A DNA stretch of 63,338 nt, counting the filler, from Basidiobolus ranarum (Eukaryota): the NCBI GenBank assembly GCA_040143965.1. It is 30 parts of 30 records of this genome, joined end to end, with 100 filler letters (N's around TTAATTAATTAA, not from the genome) between each part and the next. Parts side by side here need not be neighbours in the genome. Positions count along the whole stretch, not along the records: positions 48,683 to 50,692 come from JASJQH010003926.1; positions 50,793 to 52,801 come from JASJQH010003927.1; positions 52,902 to 54,909 come from JASJQH010003928.1; positions 55,010 to 57,017 come from JASJQH010003929.1; positions 57,118 to 59,124 come from JASJQH010003930.1; positions 59,225 to 61,231 come from JASJQH010003931.1; positions 61,332 to 63,338 come from JASJQH010003932.1; 23 more parts are not named here. One strand, given 5' to 3'. Positions 48,683 to 61,539 of this stretch are shown piece by piece. Positions within the stretch are counted from its first letter, which is position 1. Every line of letters begins with the position of its first letter. The translations under genes and the position numbers were made by a program. A model generated the notes under the pieces. That model saw only the letters and a list, made by a program, of their open reading frames with translations, made no database searches and had not been told where the DNA came from.

Positions 48683-49286
48683 ATAGCACTTTCAACAACT
48701 AAAGCAGAGTACAGGGCAGCGTCACACACAAAAAAAGAGACTCTGTGGTAAGGAAGCTATTCAAAGACTTGGGCATTTTTCAAAGTTCCCCCACCATGAT
48801 TTTCAAGCATAATCAAAGTTGTATTCTTTTGGCTAAAAAACCCAAATTTGATGCTTGAAGTAAGCACATTGATATTCAACATCACTTTGTAAGGGAAGCT
48901 ATTGAGAATAAGCATGTCTAATTAGAGTACTGTCCAACTGGTGACATGATTGCTAACATCCTTACCAAACCATTACCATAGCCAAAATTTGAAGAATTAA
49001 GAGTCAAGTGAGGATTAAAATATTTGAATATTTAGTTGGGTGGGAGTGTTGAAGTTTATTGTCTTTATCATATTTGTTTTCTCTATCTTAATACACATAA
49101 CTATAACATATATCCCATATACATTGGCTAATATTACTTAGTGAAATATCAATTAACTGCAAATTAGAACATATATTATATATTTACATGAATAATGTTA
49201 GAATTAGCAATTCTATGTTGGAAAATTTAAACTTGACCAAATTGCCCCAAAGATAGCTCATTTTACTCACACATATGCTCTCAACA
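48683..49286 (+). mobile_element. Copia 3' end: RNase H, PPT (GGGTGGGAG) and 3' LTR C (49047..49286)
   Basis: IALSTTKAEY, KHIDIQHHFVRE, YCPTGDMIANILTKPL; LTR TGTTG...CAACA. Confidence 0.88.
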
Positions 49287-49439
49287 CAACCCCAGTTTAG
49301 GTTATCCATATTTCCACCAAAATGTATAAATGCTTTATTTGTGGACAATAAATAATTATCTCAAAAAGCCATTCACAACTCCACTTTTCCAAAGTTCATC
49401 CAAACAGCCCATATTTTCCTAATAAGTTTATGATATATT

Positions 49440-50260
49440 AAATGGATGTTATAGCTGCTTTTTTGTATGCTGAGCTTGTTGAGGAGATTGATATGAATCA
49501 GTGAGATTGATTTGCGGAGCCAGAATACCTTGAAAAGTTTGTGGACTCTAGAAAACACTCTATGGCTTAAAACAATCTTTGAGTGCTTGGAATGGCAAGA
49601 TATCTTTTTTTTGGAAGCACTTAAGTTCCAAAAACTTAATGCTAACTTTAGTGTCAACTTCGCAAACATAATGCTAACTATAGTATTCACTTCAGGCCAG
49701 ATAAGACACACCAGTTTTATTAGCCTTAAATCAGGGTGACTTTATATAGCAACCTATGACTTGAAGCCTTTAAAGAAAACCAGATCCAGCTTATTTACCA
49801 AGTTCAAAATGACCGATCTCAGTGAACTGATATACTATCTTGGAATCCAAAGTAAGATAGATATGCCTACCAAAAAAATGACTTTATACTGGTCTAAGTA
49901 CATCTTAGATATACAAAAGAAGTTTAACATTGAAGAATGTAATCCAGTATCTACCCCTATAGAGACAAATCTTAACTTTACCAAAAAAGGCTCAAATCAG
50001 ATGTTCTTTGATTCAAATAAGAGCCAGAAATTTTCTTATCTCTATATGAATGGTAGTTTGATCTATATTGTGGTCAGAACATGGCCAGATATTATATATT
50101 TTGCAGTAGTTATGTGTCAACATCTTCAGATCAGGGATCTAATCAAATTGCAGTAGTTAAGCAAATTTTCAGATATTTGAAAAGTACAGTTGATATGTGC
50201 TCAAAATACCCATATTCTGGATCAAGCCTTGATCTAATGGGATATTCATATGCAAATTGG
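49440..50260 (+). mobile_element. Ty1/copia RT fragment
   Basis: FKMTDLSELIYYLGIQ, ECNPVSTPIE, IFRYLKST. Confidence 0.9.
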
Positions 50261-50299
50261 CTAACACTAAGTTTGATGTTGGATTGACTATTTGGTGAA

Positions 50300-50692
50300 T
50301 TGATATCAGTGATCATGTTGAAATCTGACCAGGCTCTTCATGGTAGAATCATGGAGTTTAGTGTTGTATTTGGATAGTAGTAATGCATATGCCTGATAGA
50401 GTAAACTCCATTGATTTGACAAAATCTACAGCAAGATAGTGCATTGTGCCTGCAAAAACCTCCAAGCTTACTGATGGCAGGGGTATTGCCAATACATACA
50501 ATGATATTAGCTTTAATAAAATATTCACCCATCTGAACCCCATTAGATGCCCTTTCAAATTCCGCAATCAAAGGTTCCAAGAAGCTATCTATAGCACAGG
50601 AGATTTAGGTCCAGATATGATAGATAGTATCAAAATATTATGACTCTTGTACCATTCAGAAGGAAGACTATTTGAGTTGATTAAAATGTTGG
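50300..50692 (-). mobile_element. Tnp2 transposase fragment
   Basis: EPLIAEFE..IGNTPAISKLGGFC.H.A..CCRFCQING. Confidence 0.9.
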
Positions 50693-50846
50693 NNNNNNNN
50701 NNNNNNNNNNNNNNNNNNNNNNNNNNNNNNNNNNNNTTAATTAATTAANNNNNNNNNNNNNNNNNNNNNNNNNNNNNNNNNNNNNNNNNNNNGGAGAACA
50801 GGGATGGAGAAAATGCTACAGGCTAGTATAAGTAGTCTGATCAAAC

Positions 50847-51360
50847 TGTCACAATAAGGAACTGGACAAGGACTGGAAACAAAATAAGAGGCTAGAAGGC
50901 AGGAGAATACTTGGGTGTAGACCATAAGAAAAGACAAGACAACACAAGACTGGACAAGGAAGATACTTTGGCAAGAATCTTTATTGATAACTGGTGTTGA
51001 TCAGACTGAGGTCTGATCAAGGAATACATGGCGCTTATATAGATATTGCAAGGTGAAACATAATATACTGAATAGGAAATATACTGAGGCAAGTTCAAGA
51101 GTTGGGGTGTTGAGGAATACAAGGACCAATACAAAGAGGAATGAAGTAAGGATGACTAGGTGATCTTCCATGGAAGGTCTTGGCGGAAATACACTATGTG
51201 TGGGATGACATAATTGGTTAGGTTTCATTGAATATTCCAAAGAACATGACTTCCATATAAGGTAATCTGGATGAACTAACACAAGATTGCCCAGAAGGGA
51301 TGGCATATCAGATATGATGTCATAATCTAGTAATAGTGAGTTTTATTTGCAGTGGATCAG
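50847..51360 (-). repeat. 5' LTR of family Y followed by a self-complementary PBS (50834..50844)
   Basis: The minus strand ends ...ATTGTGACA. TATATAA at 51041-51035 and AATAAA near 50985. Confidence 0.8.
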
Positions 51361-51361
51361 A

Positions 51362-52688
51362 TAGATAGAATCAAAGTTTGAATTGATTGGAGAATGCTTG
51401 AAAATATTGGGATACCATCATATTTTACCAGGACTCCCATCAATAGCCACTCATCTAGGCATTTATTCAAATGCAAAGACTGGAAGTATTAGATTTGTAT
51501 ATATTCAAGTGGAATCTTGAAAAGATTTCTGCCTGATGAGGATTGGCAACATTGGGGGTTGTTTGTTGCTATTGTCAATATATTCTTAGAGCATCAACTC
51601 ATATTGGCAGATCTCAGGCAGATACAGTAACTGTGCAAAGATTTCATAATTGAATATGAAAAACTTTATTACAGGTTGAAAGAAGACAGACTGAATCTAT
51701 GATGGTATTCAATACAGTCCCTGTTGCACCTTTCACAATGCTTGGAGATTATAGGCCCTTACTATACTTTCTGGGAGTTCTGAATGGAGTGCACCTGTGG
51801 TGAAATGATGCTCATTGTGAAATAGTCAATATTACCATATGCTAATCTGGTTAACAATGTATCAGCAAAATCAGTGATAGATGTAATGTGATTGGTTAAG
51901 GAGACTCCAGAGTATATCAAACTGCCAAGAAAGGGCTCTTTTCAATGTGCACACAGGTTTTTGCATTGTTTGAGCATAATAACTGCAACAAAGCCCAATC
52001 CATGGACACAGAGTAAGTACCTCTGCAACTTGGACTAATTTGCTTGTGTGATAATCTGACATTATTTTTAGGAAAGCTGCAAGACAGACTTCTTAGTGAG
52101 ATAGATCAAGATATGCAGTATTATTGTTTTTGCCATGAGGTAATCTATTCAATCAATCACACATCTACTTGTGGCAGGACATTTGTTGACTGCAAGTTGG
52201 GGATGTATTTGCTGAATTCTTTATGGAAATTTGCCAAAATCCAAGATCTTATTCTCATTGTGAAAGGTAACAAGAGCCAGCCATTTGCCAAGTGTCAGTG
52301 GTATTCAAAATTTTGGATTTTTAGCAATTTTTCCAGCATTAGTTTGCTGGCAAAGCACATTGATGTTGTTGAGTTATGTCTAATCAGTCAAGGATGTGAA
52401 TATGTAGAGACTAAACACACCCATATTCTTGTATTTTTTGATTCTCATTATGGCTGGAATACAAAGCCTAAAATATTGAATAGAGGCATGCATATTAATT
52501 TGAATTCCTACAGCTGTAAACCCAGTAATTTTCTATTTGAAAGTTAGATTTTTGCAAAAATTGCCTGATATCAAATAATATATACTAAGTTTGAGGATCA
52601 ATATTTAAACATGTATGAACACTATCAAAATACCATCAAGAAACCACCATCACACCATCAAAATCCCTGGCAGAATGCTAGCCACCAA
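51362..52688 (+). mobile_element. CMC tnp2 3' half and subterminal region
   Basis: IPSYFTRTP..FKCKDWK..EYEKLYY..LLHLSQCLEIIGP; continues the 19086..19270 frame. Confidence 0.9.
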
Positions 52689-52901
52689 TTGCAATCTGGT
52701 GTTAGTTCATCCAGATTACCTTATATGGAGGTCATGTTCTTTGGAACATTCCATGAAACCTAACCAATCATGTCATCCACCCAAAGTGTATTTCTGCCAA
52801 GNNNNNNNNNNNNNNNNNNNNNNNNNNNNNNNNNNNNNNNNNNNNTTAATTAATTAANNNNNNNNNNNNNNNNNNNNNNNNNNNNNNNNNNNNNNNNNNN
52901 N

Positions 52902-52960
52902 CAGCCAGTGCGAAGATTCACGCAACCACAGCAGCGACGAGTGCTCAGGACTTTGGACAT
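52902..52960 (-). CDS. 5' start of a host gene (MSKVLSTRRCCGCVNLRTG), likely a membrane protein
   Basis: ATG in ACAACT-ATG context. CC.C+.LRTG is a common N-terminal motif of small multi-pass membrane proteins, but only 19 codons are visible. Confidence 0.55.
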
Positions 52961-54664
52961 AGTTGTAATGACTGAGAAGTTATCAAGGTTCTGTGAGATT
53001 TAAAAGATGCAAGGAATCCTGTTCGCAAGCAAAATGGCAAGATGTGATGTTGATTCACACAGATATCCGTCAATTTATACCAATGCCGCATGATTCTTGA
53101 TGTGACACAAATCAAGTGTGAAATAGCTTAATTTGAATGGAAGTCGATAGTCTGAGGGCGCACATATGGGCCCCATTAAAGGCGTTGCCAAATAAAGCAC
53201 TCTGATCTGACAGGCTATCCAAATTCGTTCCTATAGCTTCGGTTCAAAACCAAGCGATAAAAGCTTAATACTATTGTGTCTTCTAGGCAGTAAATTCCGA
53301 GGCTATCACCCAATTGAGGTGATAAGCAAGAGTAGAGATTTCCTTTATTGAGAACCGAATGAATTTAGATCAGCTGAAGGCATGCCCTGCCCTACCCTGT
53401 ACTTATCACCTACTCGACCAACGACTTGCAGTTCAACTATTGGGCTAATACTCATGTGATACTTCACCACAACTGATATAGTTTAGGCTTACTGCACCCG
53501 CCGTTAAACCCTATGTACTTGGAATTTTGCAATAGGTTTGTTGTGCTATGCAACTGAGAACAACATGCTTACTACTATCCAAGCATGGTTGATTGTAGTT
53601 TGCTAGTTAGACCCAATCCAGCCTCATCACAACAAGGATAGATGTGGTGTCTCACTGAGCAGAGATCGAGTTTTCTAACATCTGATTTAGCAATTACGAT
53701 CACAGATTTTGGGGAGCCTTCATTGGATTGGCAGAAATACAATTGTTTCATTAACCCATCACACAGAGAATGTACCGAACACAGGATGAGCTGTTCATCC
53801 ATACAGCGGTGACACAGCATATGGTTACACTTCGGGACTCTAACAGGTAAATACGACCTGATTAGTAGCCACCAAAGCAGGATTTATGCCACTAGACAAA
53901 GTATTCCCGCTCTCTACCTTACTCCAGTCATTCTTCACACTGCTGGATGTTTCACGAGCTGTCGCACTAAGCAGGGAGATAACCTAATTTTCTTCGATAA
54001 GTTTCATGGAATCATGGAGTACAATCTACTATGGACCCATAAGGTGATAGAATACCCTCGATTAGGATATTTGAAAAGGTTAACTATAAGCGATTTTGGA
54101 AGTTGGAATGATTCTATCGAAATATTCGAAGCTAGATCTTGCTACTTCATTTTGGCGTATTTGTATGGATTCCTCTGGTACACGAGATAGGTCGTAGAAG
54201 ATCGTAGTTGGGTACTATATTTATAGATTCTCAAATTCAGCGTCGACTCTCTTCTGATTAGGAGTAATCAGAGTTATTTGCATCGTTTCTCCCTACTTTT
54301 ACCTAATCGACACAAAAAAGGAATTTCGGATAATACGCATATGTAAGTACAGTTAATCAACTACAAATTAAATATTGATATCCATTGATACGCTAGAAAA
54401 GGAGAATAGTGTATTTCTGGGATGTGAAGAGTGTTGAAGAATATGTGCTAGGACAAGCTGAGGTGCTTATCGTTGCTCTACTGTTCGGAGAAATATGCAG
54501 GATTTGTACATTATTTGACACTGCAGATGCGGCTAAGAAGTAACATGTTCCAAATCTAACTTGCTACCAATGAAAATTCTTAACTGATTCTACAGGCTTC
54601 CTTGTTCCCACATTTGTAATCTTTTCCACAACCAATTATTTGCTGACTGAGGGATCTTAGTATA

Positions 54665-54909
54665 TGTCACAATAAGGAACCGGACAAGTACTGGAAACAA
54701 TGACAAGAGGCTAGAAGGCAGGAGAGTACTTGGGTGTAGACCACAAGACAAGACTGGACAGGGAAGATACTTTGTCAAGAATCTTTATTGATAACTGACA
54801 TTGATCAGACTGAGGTCTGATCAAGGAATACATGGGGCTTATATAGATATTGCAAGGTGAAACATAATATACTGAATAGGGAATATACTGTGGCAAGTTT
54901 GAGAGTTGG
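54665..54909 (-). repeat. LTR family Y 3' part, in host intergenic DNA
   Basis: Matches 50847..51105 but has a different flank. Confidence 0.85.
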
Positions 54910-55040
54910 NNNNNNNNNNNNNNNNNNNNNNNNNNNNNNNNNNNNNNNNNNNNTTAATTAATTAANNNNNNNNNNNNNNNNNNNNNNNNNNNNNNNNNNN
55001 NNNNNNNNNCGCATGAAATGTATGAGATATGGGGACTTAC

Positions 55041-55202
55041 GTGTGAATCAAGAGGGGAAGTCATATCATAATCGATTTGGCCATCCTTGTAGTTGGGGTT
55101 AAACTTAGATTCACGAGGAGGTGGGTTGGTCATCTCCATATGAGCTAGTGTAGAGGTCCAAAGGGTGCTAAAGATGAGCATGGAGGTGGCAATGTTAAAC
55201 AT
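55041..55202 (-). CDS. AA11-like lytic polysaccharide monooxygenase, exon 1
   Basis: Signal peptide MFNIATSMLIFSTLWTSTLA, then His1: HMEMTNPPPRESKFNPNY..IDYDMTSPL. GTAAGT donor at 55040. Confidence 0.8.
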
Positions 55203-56632
55203 TTCGAATTCCGGAGTTAGTTGGCAAGCAAAGAGTGAAGGCAAGATGTTTTAACCGGTGAAACCTATTCAGATTGATGTGTGCTGCCCATATAGGCTTG
55301 ATCAATGCTTATATATCATCCTACGCTTAACTATCGGATAAAGGTTCGGTTGAGTAGCGACGGTTTTTTGTATACTTTCAAGATGTAAAATCTTTTCAAG
55401 ATAATAATATGACATACGGCTAATCCTTACCCATACCTATGAATATATTCCATGTCATCTGGGAGTAAATAATTTTGAGACCTACAGAAGTAGTTAATTG
55501 TTGTCAGGTCTCTTGTTCAGATACTGCATAAACCATTGCTTGTGCATAATAGTGCAACCGCTAAATTCGCTCATGTAACGAAGACAAATGCTTTTTATTT
55601 ATCACTAATCGGTTAGTATTGAACTGTAAGTACAACTAGTTTATGTCAGATACGTCATTTACTATTCTATTTTTAGCTCAACTGACAAATTTGCAACGTT
55701 AAAGAACTTATGTATTTAGTTTGCACTAATTTGAGGGGGGTAAACACTGACGAATAACAGGCATTCTGTGCTATCATCAAGAGAACCTGATAGCCTCTCA
55801 ATAACGATATCAAACAAACCTCCATGATTGCTTGGCTCTTTATTGGCTACTCTTCGATATAACTCTAATTGGAAATCGATATGATTGGGAACAGCTTCAA
55901 TTTCAGTTACCAAAGCCACAATGATATTATGGTATACGAAGGATCGCTATACCGTTGTACAACTTGGTCCACTCGTGGTATCTCTGATATAAGATATCCC
56001 TGCCATTCCCTCCTTTCTACGATCAATGCAACTAGGATGGTTTGAAACCCACAGGACCCATTTGATCACGTAAGGCGCGCAAGTACAAGATTAATTAAGC
56101 ATTGGACCCTAAACCATTTCTACACGCTTAGTATGAAATTGGTTAACCTCCAGCAAATCCATGCTATGTGAAAGAAAGGGGGAATTCTGCTAGTGATAAT
56201 CTCTAGGCATATAAGATGCTAGATACCATTTTTGCCATTCTAAGATAATAGCACAGCATTATCTAAAAGCATGACAGTAGCACCACTATAAATATACATC
56301 ATATAAATATTCGAGTTACACGAAAAAGTGTAGATTTGAGCCAATCAGTATTCATGGCCTATTTAGGAGGTCAGGAGATAGTACGTGACAACTTTCAGAG
56401 TTTTCATCTGAATCAAAGGATGTGTATATGAAGAAAATTAATGATCTAACCAAAGGGCCTATCCTAGCAAGAATAGTTACTCGAAATGTAGCTTTCAAAG
56501 TATGATTTACTGATTGCTTTTATTTTTAATGAATTGAAGAATGTTTTTATAGATGTAGGAGATTTATACCCAACACTAGATATGAATGAAATTTTACTAC
56601 AATCAGTAATCAAAACGTATACTCAGTCGCAG

Positions 56633-57016
56633 CTAAGTACATGCAGCCTGTCCGTCTTGCATATGGCAATTGGTTCCAAGGGCACATACTTTCTTGAAAG
56701 CTGTAGCTCCTCCATTACCACAGATTTGGAAATTCGGACCACCTAGTCATTTTTTTTCACAGGGCTCTGAACCGGATGAGGTATCAGGTTGGCCGACGGA
56801 CTGTGTAGGCTCGGGCGCGGATGTGGAAGTTGGGGTATCAGCTTCGGTAGTAGGCTGAGGTTTCTTGTAGGATCCTCCTTTGCCTGGATTTGTGACGGCT
56901 GTTTTGGATGGAGTGGCTGCAGAGCTGGTAGATGATTCTGCTGGTGCGCTATCACCACTATCGTCGGAAGTACTACCGTTAGAACAGGAAGTGATGATGG
57001 GTCGCTTTGCCATCAG
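56633..57016 (-). pseudogene. Ser/Thr/Pro linker plus CBM19-like Cys module, with in-frame TGA at 56749-56747
   Basis: CEKK*LGGPNFQICGNGGATAFKKVCALGTNCHMQDGQAACT* reads in a single frame. Confidence 0.65.
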
Positions 57017-57199
57017 ANNNNNNNNNNNNNNNNNNNNNNNNNNNNNNNNNNNNNNNNNNNNTTAATTAATTAANNNNNNNNNNNNNNNNNNNNNNNNNNN
57101 NNNNNNNNNNNNNNNNNTAATATCTTAGTGAATTATAAGATAACTAAGTACTAAGCTATATATGACTATATAGGTGTTTAGGCAATGCTAACTTCAACG

Positions 57200-58662
57200 C
57201 CATGGTCATATTAACATGTTCTGCAACTCCATTTTGATCTGAAGTACAAGGTATAGTAGCTTGTTGCTTAATTCCATGTTAAGAACAAAAACTAGCAAAG
57301 TCTTTGGAGCAGTATTCTCCACCATAATCACTCAATAGTATTGTTAATTTTTGTGCAGGTTTTTTCTCTACTATTGCTTTGCAGTGCTTGAATGTATTTC
57401 AGGCTTCAGATTATGATTTGAGACACAACACCCAAGTATAGCTTGTTTTGTTAACAATAGCCATCATAAAATACCTTTTGCCACCTTGTGATATTTCTTT
57501 CATGGGCCTACATATGTCAAATTAAATCAGGGCAAAATTTGGAATAGATTTTGGCTCCCCACAGCTTGAAAATAGCTGTGTGTGATGTTGTCCACATATG
57601 CAACCTTCACACAGATCTAGTTTGGTGATATTTGCAAATTACAAGCCTGAAACAAGCTGAATTTGGAACATTTGGGTCAGTTTCTCTTCCCCTATGTGGC
57701 CAAATATTTTTTGCCTTGTTAGACAGCTAATTTCTCTTGTTTTGGCCAAGTTTGCATGCTCAGAATGCAATTTGCTTCTTCCAGCTTGAAAACATTTTGA
57801 ATTTTGATCCCAGCTAATTTGGTAATATCCTGATCTGGGATAGTGAATCCAGCTTTAGGGAACACAAAATTTAGTCCTTGAGCTATTGTTTGGTGTACTG
57901 AGAGTAGATTCTTGACTATACTTGGCATATGGAGTACATCATTTGAGTTTGCAGATGGTGTAGCTGAATTTTGGTCTAACTTGAGCCTAACTGTGCACTT
58001 ACTAAATGCATCTAGTGCATAGTCATCACATAAGTAGACTTTCCTGGTTTGGCTACATTTTAGGCTGGAAAAAACCTTTCTTCTTTGACATATGCTGGTG
58101 AGCTCCTGAATCAATGTACCACAGTTCTGAGTCTTCCTTCATGGTTACTGATAAGGCGGACACAAATATATGATCCCCATTAGTGCTTAATTGATGTGCT
58201 TATTCCAATTTTAGCTTTTTGGCAAAAATACTTTTTCTGCAATCTTTGCTTTAATGGCCTTGTTTCTTGCAATACTTGCATATGTCTGATTTCCTGTTAG
58301 GGGCACCATTATTGGAGCCTGTTGGATGTTTTACAGCTATGAAAAATGCCAATTTGCATTATTTTGCTAATAATTAGATCTCCCTAATTCCTGATTCAAA
58401 AGTCCAGGACCAACATATGCCATAGTTAATGGCTCTGATCTTGACTCTAGGGCAGTTTTGAGGCCCCTACACATGTCTGGCAGGCTCCCAAGTAGTGTCT
58501 TGACTAAGTAGTGTTCATTTAAAGATGCTTGATTGGTTGAGAGCTGATCTGTCATAGTTTTTATCTCTTATATATAATTGACCTTACAATCATCCAAGTT
58601 CAAGTGAATTGTCCGAATTTTGATCTAAGATTTAGCCTAGTAGCCAGACATTTGGTCTCATA
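57200..58662 (-). mobile_element. Ty1/copia family Z gag-protease-integrase remnant
   Basis: LLGSLPD..ALESRSEPLTM, CKYCKKQGH, NLLSV, SDYGGEY. Confidence 0.9.
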
Positions 58663-58665
58663 TAC

Positions 58666-59124
58666 TACAAAAACTATAGTCCAATCAGATTTAAGTGCAC
58701 TGTTAATGGTAGCAAAAGTGGGAGAAGCTTCCATACCAGGCTTCAAGTAAGTGAGAATTATCTAGCTTCAGTGATGAATGATGTTGAAGGTGCCTGGGAC
58801 AAAAGATTTAGAGACTCTAATTTCCTTCCATTTCCTGGAGTATTTCCCAATAGAGTTCATATCAGAAGTATTCTTGACACATTTCCAGTCAGAATAAACA
58901 GGCCCAAAAGCAACCAAAAGCTGTTCTATTTTGGCAAGTGTTGAAAGTCTGGTGACCAATATTTCTCCGTAAATAATTTCAATAGCAAATACAAAGCCCA
59001 CTGTGTAAAGTTCCAGGCTTTGACAGATTTGGAAGGAAACATCATTTGGTTTAGTGGGCCACATCCAGGGAGACACTGTGACAAAAGGCTTTGGGTTGAG
59101 AGGCATGCACCATTTGTAAGATAT
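58666..59124 (+). mobile_element. PIF/Harbinger or ISL2EU-type DDE transposase fragment; absent from the ORF track
   Basis: SILDTFPVRINRPKSNQKLFYFG-[about 51-nt insert with stop]-KYKAHCVKFQALTDLEGNIIWFSGPHPGRHCDKRLW. Confidence 0.8.
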
Positions 59125-59224
59125 NNNNNNNNNNNNNNNNNNNNNNNNNNNNNNNNNNNNNNNNNNNNTTAATTAATTAANNNNNNNNNNNNNNNNNNNN
59201 NNNNNNNNNNNNNNNNNNNNNNNN

Positions 59225-61231
59225 ATTAGCCACTGAGATCAAAACTCAAAACTTACACAAGCTGAAAATCAACAAATTGCATTCTAAGCATGCAAACTTG
59301 GCCAAAACTAGTTAAATAAGTTGTCAAATGTGGCATAGAATATGAGACCATATTGGGGAACAAAAACTGACCTAATTGATGCAAAATCAGCTTGTTTCCG
59401 GCTTGGATATTGGAAATAACACTAAATTGGATCTTTGTGAAGAAAGCATATATGGAAAACATCACAGACAGCCATTTTAAAGCTCTGGAGAGATCAATTC
59501 CACTCATGAATTTTCCCTGATTCAATCTGACCTATGCAGGCCCATGAAGAATGTCTCAGTGGGTGGGACAAGGTACTCTATGACCATTATTGATGACAAA
59601 ACAAGATATACTTGGGTATTCTTTCACAAATCAAAATCTAAAGCCTTTGCTATGTTCAAGCACCACAAAGCAATGGTAGAGAAAGAATCAGAACAAAAAA
59701 TCAGGGTACTACGGAGTGATAATGGTGGAGAATACTGCCATAAAGACTTTGCTAGTTTTTGCTGTAAACATGGAATTAAGCAACAACTACTGTACCTTAT
59801 ACCCCACAGCTAAATGGTGTTGCAGAACTTGATAATAGGACCATAGTGGAGATGGCAAGATCAATGTTACGTGATCAAAAGTTAGATAATGCATATTGAG
59901 CTGAATCTGTTGGCATGGCAGTCTATATCAAAAACAGATGCCCAATATGATTGCTAAGAAATTCTTTTCCATTGGAAGCCCTATACAGATCAAAACCAAG
60001 TGTGGATCATCTCAGGATCTTTGGTTGCACAGCATATTGCCTAATTCCAGCTCAAAAACACCCAAAATTGCAACCCAAAAGCAGAAAATTCATATTTTTG
60101 GCTACTGTGATGGATCCAGGGCCTACAGACTGTTTGATACCAAAAATCAGAAGTTAATCAAGTGCAGAGAAGTGTTTTGGGATGAAAAAGCAAATTTTTC
60201 ACCTTAAATCACAGTTCTTGATCCAGCAGACACAATTGGCACTATTCAGGAGGTGTCTGATGAAAATCTAGCTGTATCTGAGCCCGGTTCATCCAAAATA
60301 TCAGTCCCAATTACATCAAAGGATGATTAAGGACCCAGAAGATCATCCAAAAGGAGAAAAAAGCTGGGAAACTGGTGGAACACTTACAATGGTGATGTAT
60401 ATACTTGTGCAGCATTCTGTGACAAGCCACAGACGCTGGATGAAGCTCTGGAGGTTTCAGAATCAAAATTATAGGAAAAAGCAATGTCAGATGAGTTTTC
60501 TTCACTTCAGGACATTAAAAAAGGGGGTTTTAAGTCCTCTTCCATCAAGGGGAAAGCCAACAGGTTGCAAATGGGTCTACAAAGTGAAAAACCAAGCTGA
60601 TGGAACCATGGAAAGGTACAAAGTAGCATTAGTTGCAAAAGGCTATTCCCAGACTCCAGGAGTTGATTTTAATGAGACATTTGCTCCGGTAGCAAATTTT
60701 AGCTCCATTAGATCAATCCTGGAACTTTCAGCTGTTGATAACCTTGATCTACATCAAAAAGATGCAAAAAAGCAGCCTTTCTGAATGGAAATCTCAAAGA
60801 AGAGATCTATATGGAGCTACCAAATGGATTTGCTGACCTAAAACATCCTGACATGACCAGTAAACTGCAAAAATCACTCTATGGACCCAAGCAAGTGCCC
60901 AGGGCATGGTTAAACTAGACAGATACCTATTTGGAATCTCTGGAATTCCAAAAATGCATAGCAGCTTACATTATTTACATCAATACAACCCAAAATGGGT
61001 TCCTTATCTTGGCACTCTATGTGGATGACCTAATCATAGCCACAAATGATCCAGAAGCACTTAATTAGACAAAAAGCACTTTATGAAACCAATTTCAAAT
61101 GACTGATATGGGTGAATTAAGTTATTTTCTTGGAATCCAAATCAAGAGAGATAAACCCATTTAGAAAATCATGCTGAATCAGTCTAGATACATTGTAGAC
61201 ATCCTAAAATGCTTCAACAGAGGGAATAGTA
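59225..61231 (+). mobile_element. Ty1/copia integrase-RT, pseudogenised
   Basis: LRSDNGGEY, LRIFGCTAY, TGCKWVYKVK, LALYVDDL. Confidence 0.95.
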
Positions 61232-61331
61232 NNNNNNNNNNNNNNNNNNNNNNNNNNNNNNNNNNNNNNNNNNNNTTAATTAATTAANNNNNNNNNNNNN
61301 NNNNNNNNNNNNNNNNNNNNNNNNNNNNNNN

Positions 61332-61536
61332 TGGATATTGAATAACGCATGCCAAATTTGAGGATCAATATTTTAACATGTATGAATACCGCCAAGATAC
61401 CGTCAAGAAACCACCGTCACATCATCAAAATCCCTGGCAGAATACAAGTCAACAATATTGTGATGGTTCTCTGATGGTTTTGCTATTTTGGAGGATGGAT
61501 CCGATCCGGATCAAATCGATTTTATTTTTGTTAGGG
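61332..61536 (+). mobile_element. CMC transposon right end, least CpG-decayed copy
   Basis: Ends TTTTTGTTAGGG|TA and retains ACCGTCA motifs and GATCCGATCCGGATCAAATCGAT. Confidence 0.92.
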
Positions 61537-61539
61537 TAT

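Noticed and set aside
58768-59106. 112-aa minus-strand ORF
   Set aside because: Antisense to the DDE transposase.
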